DNA of 64,000 bases from positions 394,214 through 458,213 of the forward strand of contig NIVC01000732.1 in NCBI GenBank assembly GCA_002269645.1, given 5' to 3'. Under the pieces are notes generated by a model. It searched no databases. It had not been told where the DNA came from and saw nothing but the letters and a program-made list of their open reading frames with translations. The stretch is from Macrostomum lignano. Lineage: Eukaryota. Both the position numbers and the translations under genes were made by a program. Shown here piece by piece: positions 34,200 through 47,291 of the stretch; the stretch's first letter is position 1, and each line of letters begins with the position of its first letter.

Positions 34200-34702
34200 G
34201 AGAGGAGAGTGGAGGGGAGAGAAAACAGATGGGATAGAAGAGAGATGGGAGAGAAGGGGAGAGAGGAGAGAGGTGAGAAGGGAGCGAAGGGGAAGAGGGG
34301 GAGAGTAGGAAAGAGGAGACAGGGGAGAGAGAAAAGGAGAGAAGAGAGAAGAGGGAAAGGAGAGGGGAGAAAGGAGAGAGGAGGGGAGAGAGGAGAGAGG
34401 AGGGGAGAGAGGAGAGAGGAGGGCATAGAGGTGAGAGGGGAGAGAGGAGATAGGAGAGAGGTGGGATGAGAGATGAGGGATGAGAGATGAGAGAGGAGAA
34501 GGCTGGAGATGAGAGGAGAGAGGAAAGAGGGGAGAGGGGAGATTAGTAAAGAGAGGAGATTAGGAAAAAAGGAAAAAAACTGAGAGGAGACAAACCTTGA
34601 ACGGGCCGCAATGCTACTGTGAAGTTTCAAAGGACCCGAGGGCCGGATCGAGAGGTTTTTCGGGCCGCATGTGACCCGTGGGGCAGAGTTTGCCGACCCC
34701 TG
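34200..34702. repeat. GA-rich low-complexity tract ending in a solo hAT/Charlie-like terminus
   Basis: Purine tract 34200-34590, then cgggccgc subterminal motifs and TTTGCCGACCCCTG (34689-34702). No matching left end found. Confidence 0.6.
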
Positions 34703-35159
34703 CCCTGCTAAAGAGCAAATGTAGCTAAGTCCTAGTAAACAAGAAAATTGTCTCTAACTATATGCTCGAAAATATTACTATAACTACGAGCGTACCATGC
34801 AATTTACCTGTTTTTTGTCCAATGCCCGACCTAAGCTGCACAGGTGCAAGTGATTTACAGATTTTCTTAGGTTATTTTTGCTCAACTACCAACATTTAAT
34901 AGAAGCGCTCTCTACAGTCTCTTTTTGCGTCCACCAGCTAGAAAAAAGACAAATGCGCTCGTACAGCAATTAACGTTGATTGCTTTAATTATCCATTTTT
35001 TCGCAAAACATTTTTGGTCAATCTTTTTTTGAAGTCGCAGATGTTTGAGCAACGATTCAGCAATTTGAAGGAATAGACTCTTTCTAACTTTGTCTAACGC
35101 TGCAGAGTTGGAAGGCATGCAGACTGCCGACCTCGCAAAAAATCAGATCTGCGTCATCC

Positions 35160-36270
35160 TGAGGCCGTCCGTCGTTCCCACTTTCCTCGGCACCTGGGAT
35201 GGACGAAGCGCTTCAGTAACTCGATGACCCCGTCATGAAGCAAGAGACAACTGGAAACCCCATTAAATCCACTGCTTTACTGATGGGTTCCAAATCAACT
35301 CCGCCTCTGGCTACGGCTACTGCATCGTGTCTGGAGGGAGAACTGTGGCGACCTTCTCCCAGCACACCGGCACCTGCTCTACCGAAGTTCTCGCCATCAG
35401 TTCCTGCGCCATGGACCTGTGCAATCAGTGCGTCTGGGGGAAGGAGATTATCCTCCACTCGGACAGTCAAGCGGCGATCCACGCCCTTGAGCGCACCACC
35501 ACCTGCTCGCGCACAGTCCTCGACTGCATCGGGCAGCTCAACCGCTTAGGCGCCTCTAACAAGGTGTCCCTATGGATCCCTGGGCATTCGGGCCACCCCG
35601 GCAACGAGCTGGCCGATCGCTTGGCCAAGGCTGGCTCGACCGGTTCTTTTACTAGTCCCCTGCCCGTGGTCCCCACCCCCACCGCCGTTGTCACCACTCG
35701 GATCAACCAGTGGGTGGCTTCAAAGCACAGGGAGAGGTGGGCTGACGCCCCCGACTGCCGGCAATCCCGCGCGGCTGTCCCCTATCCTTACTCCCTCCGC
35801 CCTGCGCAGGGCCCTGCTTGGACTCAACCGTAGGGACATCAGGGCGGTGACCATGGCCCTCTCGGGTCATGGCTGTTTTGCCAGGCATCGTCACCTCCTG
35901 GGAAAAATACTCAGTGAGGAATGCCATTCTGCCTCTCCGGTGTCGAGAATGCTCTACCGTGCTCTACCACTTTATCTGTGAATGCCCCGCCTTTACTCAG
36001 GACAAGCTCACCTACCTCGGCCCAAACCCGGACTTCTCCGACGTTTTCAGGTTCGAGAATCTCTGCCTGCTCGTCCGCTACATAAGGGCTACCGAGCGAG
36101 CGACAATCCACCTCCTGGACTCTCCGAAGGGGGACCGCGCTGCGGACACCGGCACCACCGGAACTCCCTGCGCGACACCGCAGCACTAGCTGCCCGTTGT
36201 CGCCAGGGCTTAGCGAAATGGGCGGCAACGCCTCGTCGCTGTTTCCGGACGCACGGAGCCCCCTGCAGCT
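35160..36270 (+). mobile_element. 5'-truncated, frameshifted non-LTR retrotransposon fragment (RNase H + C-terminal Cys/His region; R1/LOA/I-group-like)
   Basis: FTDG/SK across a frameshift at ~35280, then [34 protein letters not shown] and HFICECP. Confidence 0.85.
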
Positions 36271-37056
36271 AAGTCAAGCTGTCAACTCGATGACAAGGGC
36301 GCCATACTTGATCCTCCGACCTGTAGCTATTGGGGCATTTTGGTCATCTATGAATAGTATGCCGTACAGTGTGCATAGTCTGCTATGCCGTGTAGAATAG
36401 CTCGTACAAGGCAAACATACACTGTACGAACGAGCGTACATAAGTTGAAAGCATTGGCAGAATGCTAATATTGGATTTTCTCTCACTGCAGCTCTTCCTC
36501 AAACGAGTTCTTCGCTGGTGGGTCGCTTGTACATCAGGATTGCTGCAAACAAACTCTTTCTTTTGCAACAGAATCGACCTGTCAATTGCGACGCTAGAAC
36601 CCCTAACGCAATAAATTTTAATTCAATGTCGACAAAATTATGACTCGGGACTCAATGTACTTTTGAAGTATAGCGTTTTTGGTGTTTACACAATTTAGTC
36701 TGAAATTGAACTGCTTGTTTCCGTCTCCCATGAGAGCTTATTACATGTACTCTCAGTTACGACTCATTTTGAGTTGACCTGCATATGTCACTCTTGATCT
36801 GCAGCCAATTGTGGATTTAAACCAAATACCAAGTGTACTACAGCTGCATAACTGTTATACAACGGCTCAAAGTAAAAGTTCAAGTAAAAGGGTAAAAAAA
36901 AATTTTTACTTGTAGTTGATTCAGCGGGACTTAAGAAAAGGTTGGCGCAATCATTTTAATTTGAGCAAGCAAAAGCCAGCCGGCGTCTTTGTTTCCCCAA
37001 CAGCTCTTTGAGCCAGCATGCAGCTGGTGCTAGCCCAGCTGGGTCCATGCGAATCA

Positions 37057-37359
37057 CCCGCAGATGAATTGCCCGCCGAGATTTGCCCGCAGTGCTTTTT
37101 TGCTGCAGCGCATTTTGCCAAACGGCAGATTTTGTCTGCGTTGCCCTCCTCCCATTGCTTTGTAAGTCTTAATAAAGAGATTTCGGGGGCATATGCATGA
37201 ATTTATAGCTCACAGATGTTACCCCTGTATGTAAATAGAAATGAAAACCTACAAGAAAAAATATGCATACCATCGAAACGTTTAATTGCTCGGGTGAATC
37301 ACTTTATTAAGACTTACTAAGCTTTGAGGACAAATCTCGGCGGGCAATTCGTCTGCGGG
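37057..37359. mobile_element. MITE-like element (303 bp) with 29-bp inverted repeats
   Basis: cccgcagatgaattgcccgccgagatttg (37057-37085) versus caaatctcggcgggcaattcgtctgcggg (37331-37359), 28/29 match. No clear TSD. Confidence 0.6.
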
Positions 37360-37361
37360 CT

Positions 37362-39708
37362 CCCATCAACAGTCAAGAAGGGAATTCTGTAATCAACACT
37401 CAAGAGGGAATTCTGATGTATATATTCTGATGTATTCTGTAATCAACAGTCAAGAAGGGAATTCTGTAATCAACACTCAAGAGGGAATTCTGATGTATAT
37501 ATTCTGATGTATTCTGTAATCAACACTCAAGAGGGAATTCTGATGTATATATTCTGATGTATTCTGTAATCAACACTCAAGAGGGAATTCTGATGTATAT
37601 ATTCTGATGTATTCTGTAATCAACACTCAAGAGGGAATTCTGATGTATATATTCTGATGTATTCTGTAATCAACACTCAAGAGGGAATTCTGATGTATAT
37701 ATTCTGATGTATTCTGTAATCAACAGTCAAGAAGGGAATTCTGTAATCAACACTCAAGAGGGAATTCTGATGTATATATTCTGATGTATTCTGTAATCAA
37801 CACTCGAGAGGGTAATTCTGATGTATCAACACTCACGAGGGAATTCTGTAATCAACACTCAAGAGGGTAATTCTGATGTATCAACACTTAAGAGGGAATT
37901 CTGAGGTATCAACACCCAAGAGGGGAATTCTGAGGTATCAACACTCAAGAGGGGAATTCTGAAGTATCAACACTTAAGAGGGAATTCTGAGGTATCAACA
38001 GCCAAGAGGGGAATTCTGAGGTATCAACACTTATAAAGATGGACTTCTGAGGTATCAAAACTCAAGAGGGGAATACTGATGGATCAACACTCAAGAGGGG
38101 AATTCTGATGGATCAACACTCAAGAGGGGAATTCTGATGGATCAACACTCAAGAGGGGAATTCTGATGGATCAACACTCAAGAGGGGAATTCTGAGGTAT
38201 CAACACTTATAAAGATGGACTTCTGAGGTATCAAAACTCAAGAGGGGAATACTGAGGTATCAACACTCATGATGGAATTCTGAGGTATCAAAACTCAAGA
38301 GGGGAATTCTGATGGATCAACACTCAAGAGGGGAATTCTGATGTATCAACACTCAAGAGGGGAATTCTGATGTATCAACACTCAAGAGGGGAATTCTGAT
38401 GTATCAACACTCAAGAGGGGAATTCTGATGTATCAACACTCAAGAGGGGAATTCTGATGTATCAACACTCAAGAGGGGAATTCTGATGTATCAACACTTA
38501 AGAGGGAATTCTGAGGTATCAACAGCCAAGAGGGGAATTCTGAGGTATCAACACTTATAAAGATGGACTTCTGAGGTATCAAAACTCAAGAGGGGAATAC
38601 TGAGGTATCAACACTCATGATGGAATTCTGAGGTATCAAAACTCAAGAGGGGAATTCTGATGGATCAACACTCAAGAGGGGAATTCTGATGTATCAACAC
38701 TCAAGAGGGGAATTCTGATGTATCAACACTCAAGAGGGGAATTCTGATGTATCAACACTTAAGAGGGAATTCTGTAATCAACACTCAAGAGGGTAATTCT
38801 GATGTATCAACACTCAAGAGGGAATTCTGATGTATCAACACTTAAGAGGGAATTCTGAGGTATCAACAGCCAAGAGGGGAATTCTGAGGTATCAACACTT
38901 ATAAAGATGGACTTCTGAGGTATCAAAACTCAAGAGGGGAATACTGAGGTATCAACACTCATGATGGAATTCTGAGGTATCAAAACTCAAGAGGGGAATT
39001 CTGATGGATCAACACTCAAGAGGGGAATTCTGATGGATCAACACTCAAGAGGGGAATTCTGATGTATCAACACTCAAGAGGGGAATTCTGATGTATCAAC
39101 ACTCAAGAGGGGAATTCTGATGTATCAACACTTAAGAGGGAATTCTGTAATCAACACTCAAGAGGGTAATTCTGATGTATCAACACTCAAGAGGGAATTC
39201 TGATGTATAAACACTCAAGAGGGGAATTCTGATGTATCAAAACTCAAGAGGGGAATTCTGATGTATCAACACTTAAGAGGGAATTCTGAGGTATCAACAC
39301 TTAAGAGGGAATTCTGATGTATCAACACTTAAGAGGGAATTCTGAGGTATCAACACCCAAGAGGGGAATTCTGAGGTATCAACACTTATAAAAATGGACT
39401 TCTGAGGTATCAAAACTCAAGAGGGGAATTCTGATGTATCAACACTCAAGAGGGGAATTCTGAAGTATCAACACTCAAAAGGGAATTCTGTGATCAACAC
39501 TCAAGAGGGTAATTCTGATGTATCAACACTCAAGAGGGAATTCTGAGGTATCAACACCCAAGAGGGGAATTCTGAGGTATCAACACTTATAAAAATGGAC
39601 TTCTGAGGTATCAAAACTCAAGAGGGGAATTCTGATGTATCAACACTCAAGAGGGGAATTCTGATGTATCAACACTCAAGAGGGGAATTCTGAGGTATCA
39701 CGACTCAA
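37362..39708. repeat. Complex 28-29-bp satellite (tcaacactcaagaggggaattctgatgta) with a 50-bp variant block and higher-order duplications
   Basis: 29-nt period in the core, 50-nt period at ~37450-37780. The variant cttataaa(g/a)atggacttctgagg recurs six times. Confidence 0.95.
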
Positions 39709-41376
39709 GGTAGAGATTCTAAGATGGCATCCAAGGCTAAATGGAGAATGCTGAGATATACCATACTAAGGACGCAAAAAAAGTTTTTGAGATATTAACA
39801 GTTTGAGTGGGAGATTCTAATGCTCAAGTTGCTATGTTCTAATTCTATGATTCTAATGCTCAAGTGACATTCTAATGCCAATGTCAAAAAGCTTCACGAC
39901 ATCGACTGACGTCAGATTTTTAAGGGTTGCTTACAAGATTTGACCTTCCAGATTTCGCAGTCTCAGTCTCACTATATAGTTCTGTAGCTATACGCTGCAA
40001 TGCTCATCGGACTTAGCATACCGATCAGATTATACTAGATAGGGATAAAAGAACCCTATAATTTCGAGACAGAATAAGAAAATCCGAGCATTCCAATCTC
40101 TCAGAGGATTTTTTCGGTCGCAGCATAAATTTGAATCCCTTTTAGTACAGGCGAAAACGTATTGCTTTTGATGAGGAAGTCTCTAGTTTGCTTTGAGAAC
40201 TCAAGACACAGCTTATACAGTAGGAAGGGAGAATGTTGCTGTCCGGTCTAAAAATAGAAGCCAAATTTATTCCTCCCAAAGTCCCAACCACGCCTTCCCT
40301 GCTCAAACCACCTACGCGCTTGATACGTCTAGCCCAGCTGAGACTGCAGGGGCTGTGGGTGGCGAGTGGGGGTGGTCGGTTGAAACTGGAATTGGGACAC
40401 TCGGGTGGGAGGCTCTTCTAAAAGACGACTCTTGAGTATTGAGTGAGAGCGGGTGTAATAAGGTATGAGGGCCGAGGGCGAGGCGACTTGAAATAGGAAA
40501 ACTGAATGGCCATGGCTATTGCATTCATTTTTAAGTTCGCTGGTACTTATATTAGGCACCTAGAAATTTTATGATTTATGACCAAAAAAATCTGAGGCAC
40601 TCGATGCGAGTCTTCATTCATCTTCTCCAATTCTAACGAAATGGAAAGAGTGCCTTTGAAAGCAAGAAAGCTATACATAGCAAGCAGCCTATAAACTATC
40701 AATAACTGTTTGGATTAACGCTTAGTTCGAGAGTTATTCGTATTTTCTCCTTTGCCTGCCCGGAGGCAATTTTTACCTTAGTCACGCACGAACAGGGCAG
40801 AACACGCTAGCAAGCACGCACAAGGAGAGTCGCATGTTTTTGCTTGATAAATCGTCACTCTTCCTTTAGTTAGCTTTACTAGAAAATAACACTGAACATT
40901 CCTCATTCCTCGATTCCTACAAACCTACGGAAATAGGGAAGCAGGAATGGATGGCGGCAGTTCGCATTAATTTGAATACGAGGGCTTGCCTAGCTGTCTA
41001 TATGAATTTTTCTGCTCTAGGACTTCCTATTTGTTTTAGCTTGTGGGCCTGGGCCCGCCTGCCGGCCTCAGACTCTCGTGACTCTGCGGTCCTCGCTCGC
41101 CCCAGGCGGAGTTCCTCCGGCTGATGTAAGCGAATCTATTTTTAGCGCAGGTCGTCTATGCAATAATCAGCATCCCGTCCCGTGCCCCCCACTTCTACAC
41201 GCTTTATCCATATGCTTTCTAACCTCATTATCGACTTCATTCCGATCCGACAAGCAGGGGACCACTCGGAGTAGAGCTTGGCAGAGCTATGCCGTTAGCC
41301 CTTCTGCCCCCTCCCCACTCCTCAGTCTGGCTATTTCAAACAACTTTCTGGAAATTTCTCAGCAAGGGGGGTTGCG

Positions 41377-41570
41377 CCAATGATCGGATTGAAGGACGCG
41401 GCCTCTCATTGGCTGGCTTGCAAAGGACGGGGTTAAGATTGTACGCACTGGTCCCGTTGAATGTACACTGAAGAGTGAAGAAGGTCGTGTGGACAGAGAG
41501 AACTAGTGGTTTCGCTTTAGAGTGAAGCTTGTTGCGTGTATAAATAGAACAGCCAAGCCCACTCAGACCT
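41377..41570 (+). promoter_or_regulatory. Candidate TENT5 core promoter (two CCAAT boxes, TATA box, Inr-like site)
   Basis: CCAAT 41377-41381, ATTGG 41408-41412, TATAAATA 41539-41546 and tcag ~25 nt downstream; the ATG is at 41766. Confidence 0.4.
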
Positions 41571-41765
41571 ATAAGGCCTTTTTCAATAACTTGTGCAACC
41601 AATCAATTTTATTAATCTTAGATTTTTGTCTTTGGCCAAAAGCTACTTGAAACTAGAATTATTTCTAAAAGCCTAACCAGCTTTTTCAACTAAATTCGAC
41701 TGTCTCGCAACAACGCAAGTTATAGTAAATTTTCCACTGCCAACCTTGCGTGATTCGAGTTAATA

Positions 41766-44700
41766 ATGACTTGCATAGCGAGCAATAATAACAACAATGC
41801 CAATGGCAAGGTCAAGGAGAAAGTGACGGACAACGGCAACAACAACCGCTATAGCGTGCTCTGCTACGAGCAGGTACTTCGACTGCACGAGTTCATGGAG
41901 AAGGAGGTGACAATACACGGCCGAGGGCACTGCTGTCCTAGTGTCAAGCTGACATTGCGCGACATGATTCAACGTGTGTGCCAACAGTTGGAGGCCAGTA
42001 ACATCGGGCTCAGGGATCTGCGATTGAACGGCGGCGGCGCCACTTTTATTATTGGTAAGCTAGCTAGCGTTTCAATGTTTAAATATTGTTTAACAGTGTA
42101 TTTAATTTTGGTGCAGGACAGATTTGGGTTTTAACGAACGGCATTCAACTGGTAATCCAGTTAAGCCAGATTTTCGCAGAATCTGTCATTTAAAAAATTA
42201 GCTAGTCACATGATATACTATACTATTAACTATAACCTGTCATGCCTGTGTTCCCACCCAAATCTAAGCACGCGCTGTTTTGTTTATTTTATATTTGTAT
42301 AATTTGTATACTCTAACTTGGAGGTCAGATTTTTATCTCGATTTTTGACTATGACAATTTTTTGGCACATTTTGGTTGCTCTGACCATCGTTCATCCATC
42401 CAGTCACCAGTGTCAATTGTTCTGATTTAGAGGCCAAATAATGATAGGCAAGATACCGAGACAAGAAAACAGACTGGGGCGCGGACGTAGGAAAGAAAAT
42501 CTTAGAAATCAATCACTGCCCGCCTCCAATCCCCTGACTCAGACAGCATTTCCTGCGTGTGTTCCTTCTTAAATGTGACTACCTCTGCAACATTCTGCCT
42601 ACACCACTAGAGAATGAAACAGAGGGTGGATAAGAGAAGTAGAAAGTGGATATTGAGATGGAATGAGGCAGATAGAGACTAGGTGGCTAGAGAAGTAGAT
42701 AAGGAGATGGAATGAGGGAGTTAGAAGTAGATCTAGGGAGATGGAATGCGGCAGAGGGAGAGAGAGAAGTAGATCTAAGGAGATGGAATGAGGGAGATAG
42801 AAGTAGATCTAGGGAGATGGAATGAGGCAGAGGGAGATAAAAGTAGATAGTGCGATGGACTGAGGCAGAGGGAGATAGAAGTAGATCTAGGGAGATGGAA
42901 TGAGGCAGAGGGAGAGAGAAGTAGATAGTGAGATGGACTGAGACAGAGGGAGAGAGAAGTAGATAGTGAGATGGACTGAGACAGAGGGAGAGAGCAGTAG
43001 ATAGTGAGATGGAATGAGGCAGAGGGAGAGAGAAGTAGATCTAGGGAGATGGAATGAGGCAGAGGGAGAGAGAAGTAGATCTAGGGAGATGGAATGAGGC
43101 AGAGGGAGAGAGTAGATAAGGAGATGGAATGAGGCAGAGGGAGATAGAAGTAGATCTAGGGAGATGGAATGAGGCAGAGGGAGATAGAAGTAGATCTAGG
43201 GAGATGGAATGAGGCAGAGGGAGATAGAAGTAGATCTAGGGAGATGGAATGAGGCAGAGGGAGATAGAAGTAGATCTAGGGAGATGGAATGAGGCAGAGG
43301 GAGAGAGAAGTAGATAGTGAGATGGACTGAGGCAGAGGGAGATAGAAGTAGATAGTGAGATGGACTGAGGCAGAGGGAGATAGAAGTAGATCTAGGGAGA
43401 TGGAATGAGGCAGAGGGAGAGAGAAGTAGATCTAAGGAGATGGAATGAGGCAAAGGGAGAGAGAAGTAGATAAGGAGATGGAATGAGGCAGAGGGAGATA
43501 GAAGTAGATAAGAAGATGGAATGAGGCAGAGGGAGAGAGAAGTAGATAAGAAGATGCAATGAGGCAGAGGGAGAGAGAAGTAGATAAGAAGATGGAATGA
43601 GACAGAGGGAGAGAGAAGTAGATAAGAAGATGGAATGAGGCAGAGGGAGATAGAAGTAGATAGGGAGATGGAATGAGGCAGAGGGAGAGAGAAGTAGATA
43701 AGGAGATGGAATGAGGCAGAGGGAGAGAGAAGTAGATAGGGAGATGGACTGAGGCAGAGGGAGAGAGAAGTAGATAAGGAGATGGACTGAGGAATACTGA
43801 GACACACTGGGAACAGAAATGAGGATGAGGAGTTTATTTATTGCATCAGGTCAGGAGGTCGGAGATTCGCTGCCAAGTAAAAGCCGAACTAGTTAGGTCA
43901 GTCTAATCAATACAAATCAGTCTAAATTTGTGTTGCATTGTAAAACGCAATGTCAATTTAAGATCACACAGTTATTTAATTGTTATTGCGCGCGAATTAT
44001 ATCTGTTACATTTATAAATGCAAGCTTAAGTAGAGATAAAAGTTTCAGTTTCAGTTTAATTGCCTTCAGAGGTTTTTATAATCTGGGTTCTCATAAAATT
44101 CTCCGCTGCATTAATAAAAATCGATTTTGCCCACGCGGCTATTTTTAGACCTCGCCCAGTCCTCCTCCCCGGCAGTTGGGTGAGAATTGAACGAGTTTTA
44201 AGGAGATGAAAAATAAGTGTTCAAGGGAGTAGCGATGTTCCTACCTACTATTACTGCCAGTTTGTGTACTGAGGCACAGGTACTACAGGTGTGCCTTTGC
44301 CAGGAGAGAAAACTGGACCGATTTCTTTATAAGGAAAGTTATCACTCGCCAAGTTCAATCTGAGAGGGGTGGGGAAAGAGGGACTTTCTTGGTTCTTTCG
44401 TACTCTCAGAGTCTCATCGTGTCTGACAGTGGCTAATAATTGAGGAAAAGTCCTATAGATCTGCAGCTGATGTACACTGCTCACGCTAGCTCAGAGTTCC
44501 GCCGCCGCCCGCTACCGCCCACGCACTGCTGCAGCAGAGTCTGAGCTTAGTAGCGCGTCTAAGGGATGCAGTTGGCTTTGAAGGATGGGATGGATGGCCT
44601 CCTCAAGAATGAGGAGAGAAAGGGGGAAGAGAGAAGGAAGGAATGAGGAGGGTGACGACTGAGCCCTGCTGAAAAAACAGGAGAAACGGAGTAGGCCTCG

Positions 44701-47260
44701 CCCTTACCCCTGCCTCCCGACTACAGCTCAGTAGTTTTCCATACTTCGCCCGTCCGCTATAGAATGTCATGTGATCCGCGCATAAACTATATATATATAT
44801 ATATATGTGGCTATTTATAGAGCACAGCACCTCTTCCAGTCTCCAAATCAATTTCCCGACATTGCAAGTCACGTGCTTGCTGCTAGAGAGCTTTTCTTAA
44901 TCTCTCTCTCTCTCTCTCTCACTCTCACCCTACTGCTACTCCTAGTTCTGTCCCCCTCTCATTCGCTAGAATATTTAAAGATCTGATAATGGCATAGCAT
45001 AGCAGGAGTAACTTGATCTGCCCATAGCTTAGCACATAAGCCGTTAGGGATTTTCTTTAAAGCATTCAAATTTATTAATCAATTCAATAAAATTTCCTTA
45101 AAGTAAGAAAACCTTACAATTGAAAATATAAATTTTGTTAAATTCTTTCATGTTGAAATGTGTGTGTTTGTGTGAGCTTGTTTATTTTATAATTGTTTTT
45201 AATCAAGCTAATCAAGTGAAGTGATATGCAACATCATCAATACAGGGTAATTGTCGTGCATGCGATTCACCTCACTACCGTTAGCCGTGAGAGGCAACCC
45301 CGAACGTACAGAGAGTGTATACATACCTTACAATGTACAATGAGCTAGTGTGTATGTGCCGGAATGGGCAGAATTGCCTCAGCACTGCAAGCCGAGCTGC
45401 ATGGGAGCTGGCACTAGAGAGTTTATTTTACCGAGAAGGGTTGTTGGTTTTTTTGGCCCAGATATCGATCGAAAAGCATTAGCTAGGGCCCATAGCAAGC
45501 AATCGGCTATTTTATTAGTCTGCCACCAAATGTGCCCACAAAAAATTCCGCTTTAAAGATTGCAGATAGCAGTGCATTCTAATGCTAGCTAAAATGTCTA
45601 GGAATTTTTTTTTTACTATTCATGTTCTGCATCGAAGCGTGTGCAACGCAGTTAACCTTACTGAGAAGGCGCTGGAGTCCATTAAGTAGGTAGGTAGGTG
45701 GGTAGAGAAGAGGGAGAGACGGGTTAGGCCCTTACTTCCTTTCCGCTCAATTTGTCTTGCCATTAGGATTTCACCAACCTCACAAAATCCTTTGCAAAAT
45801 AAATCAGCATTCTATTTACTCTCTAGCCTCCTGAATTTCCTTTGCAGATTAGAATCAAGTGTTATGCAGTTATTACATTCCATTCCCCTGCTGGTCCTTC
45901 AGATGGCGCCACCATCCCCCTGCTGGTCCTTCAGATGGCGCCACCATCCCCCTGCTGGTCCTTCAGATGGCGCCACCATTCCCCCTGCTGGTCCTTCAGG
46001 TGGCGCCACCATTCTCCCTGCTGGTCCTTCAGATGGCGCCACCATTCCCCCTGCTGGTCCTTCAGATGGCGCCACCATTCCTCCTGCCGGTCCTTCAGTC
46101 AGATGGCGCCACCATCCCCCTGCTGGTCCTTCAGTCAGATGGCGCCACCATCCCCCTGCCGGTCCTTCAGTCAGATGGCGCCACCATTCCCCCTGCTGGT
46201 CCTTCAGTCAGATGGCGCCACCATTCCCCCTGCTGGTCCTTCAGTCAGATGGCGCCACCATCCCCCTGCTGGTCCTTCAGATGGCGCCACCATTCCTCCT
46301 GCCGGTCTTTCAGATGGCGCCACCATTCCTCCTGCTGGTCCTTCAGTCAGATGGCGCCACCATTCCTCCTGCTGGTCCTTCAGTCAGATGGCGCCACCAT
46401 TCCCCCTTCTAGTCAAATTTAGCTAACAGAAAAAATCGAGGTAGACTTGAGTTTTAAGAAAATTTGCCAGGTGTTTTCTAATTAAATGCGTGTTGACAAA
46501 GTCACTCAATTTTATTAGATACATTTAGCAAAAACTAGTCCATTGGCGTCGAGATTTAGCGGCTGTTCTTACGTATTTAAATAGTACATAGCTACCATAA
46601 GCCATAGTGTGTATATAGTGCTTATATTTTATGCAACTTGAAATACTTTTATTTACTTTGCTTCAAGAGCTAAGGGGAAAAAATTTCCACACCTGTCTTT
46701 TCTCGGAGTTCCAGGTGGACCAGGTGTCTGCACTCTTATAACTATACGGTGGGATCTTACTCCTAAGCCTTAGTATTATGTAGATTTGAGCTTATCGCTA
46801 AGGCGATATGCGTGTTTGCGCGTCAGGTTTTTAGACCGCAATATTTTTGAGTAGCCAGTTAAATATGCTCGTATATTGATTTCAATGAATTGGCGAGTTT
46901 TTCTATGAAAAGGACATGCTTGAAAATATTTCTAAAATGTTAGCAAAAACGTACGAGTAGTTGAAAAACAAACAACAGGTTGGTTGACCTTTGCGGGTTG
47001 TGAATCAGGTGACATAACAGAGTTCCCCCCAGCTAACGTGACGACAATTAATGCCACGTTAACTCGCACACGCACACAAAATAACAGGCATGGACTCGGT
47101 GCACACCTACAACGACTTAGACTTACTCTTCGGCGTTGATTTAAGCTCATCCGGGACAGTGGACGAAATCAAACGAGTGGTGTTGGATTGTCTGCGTTCG
47201 TTTCTACCGGAAGGTTCCAGCGCTTCGTCGGCTGCTGTTGCGTTGGAAGCGCCGCAGCAT

Positions 47261-47291
<31 letters not shown>

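Noticed and set aside
40233-40421. Short ORF with LKIEAKFIP resembling a DIRS-type RNase H segment
   Set aside because: One weak motif with no following N..AD.LSR and no other domains.
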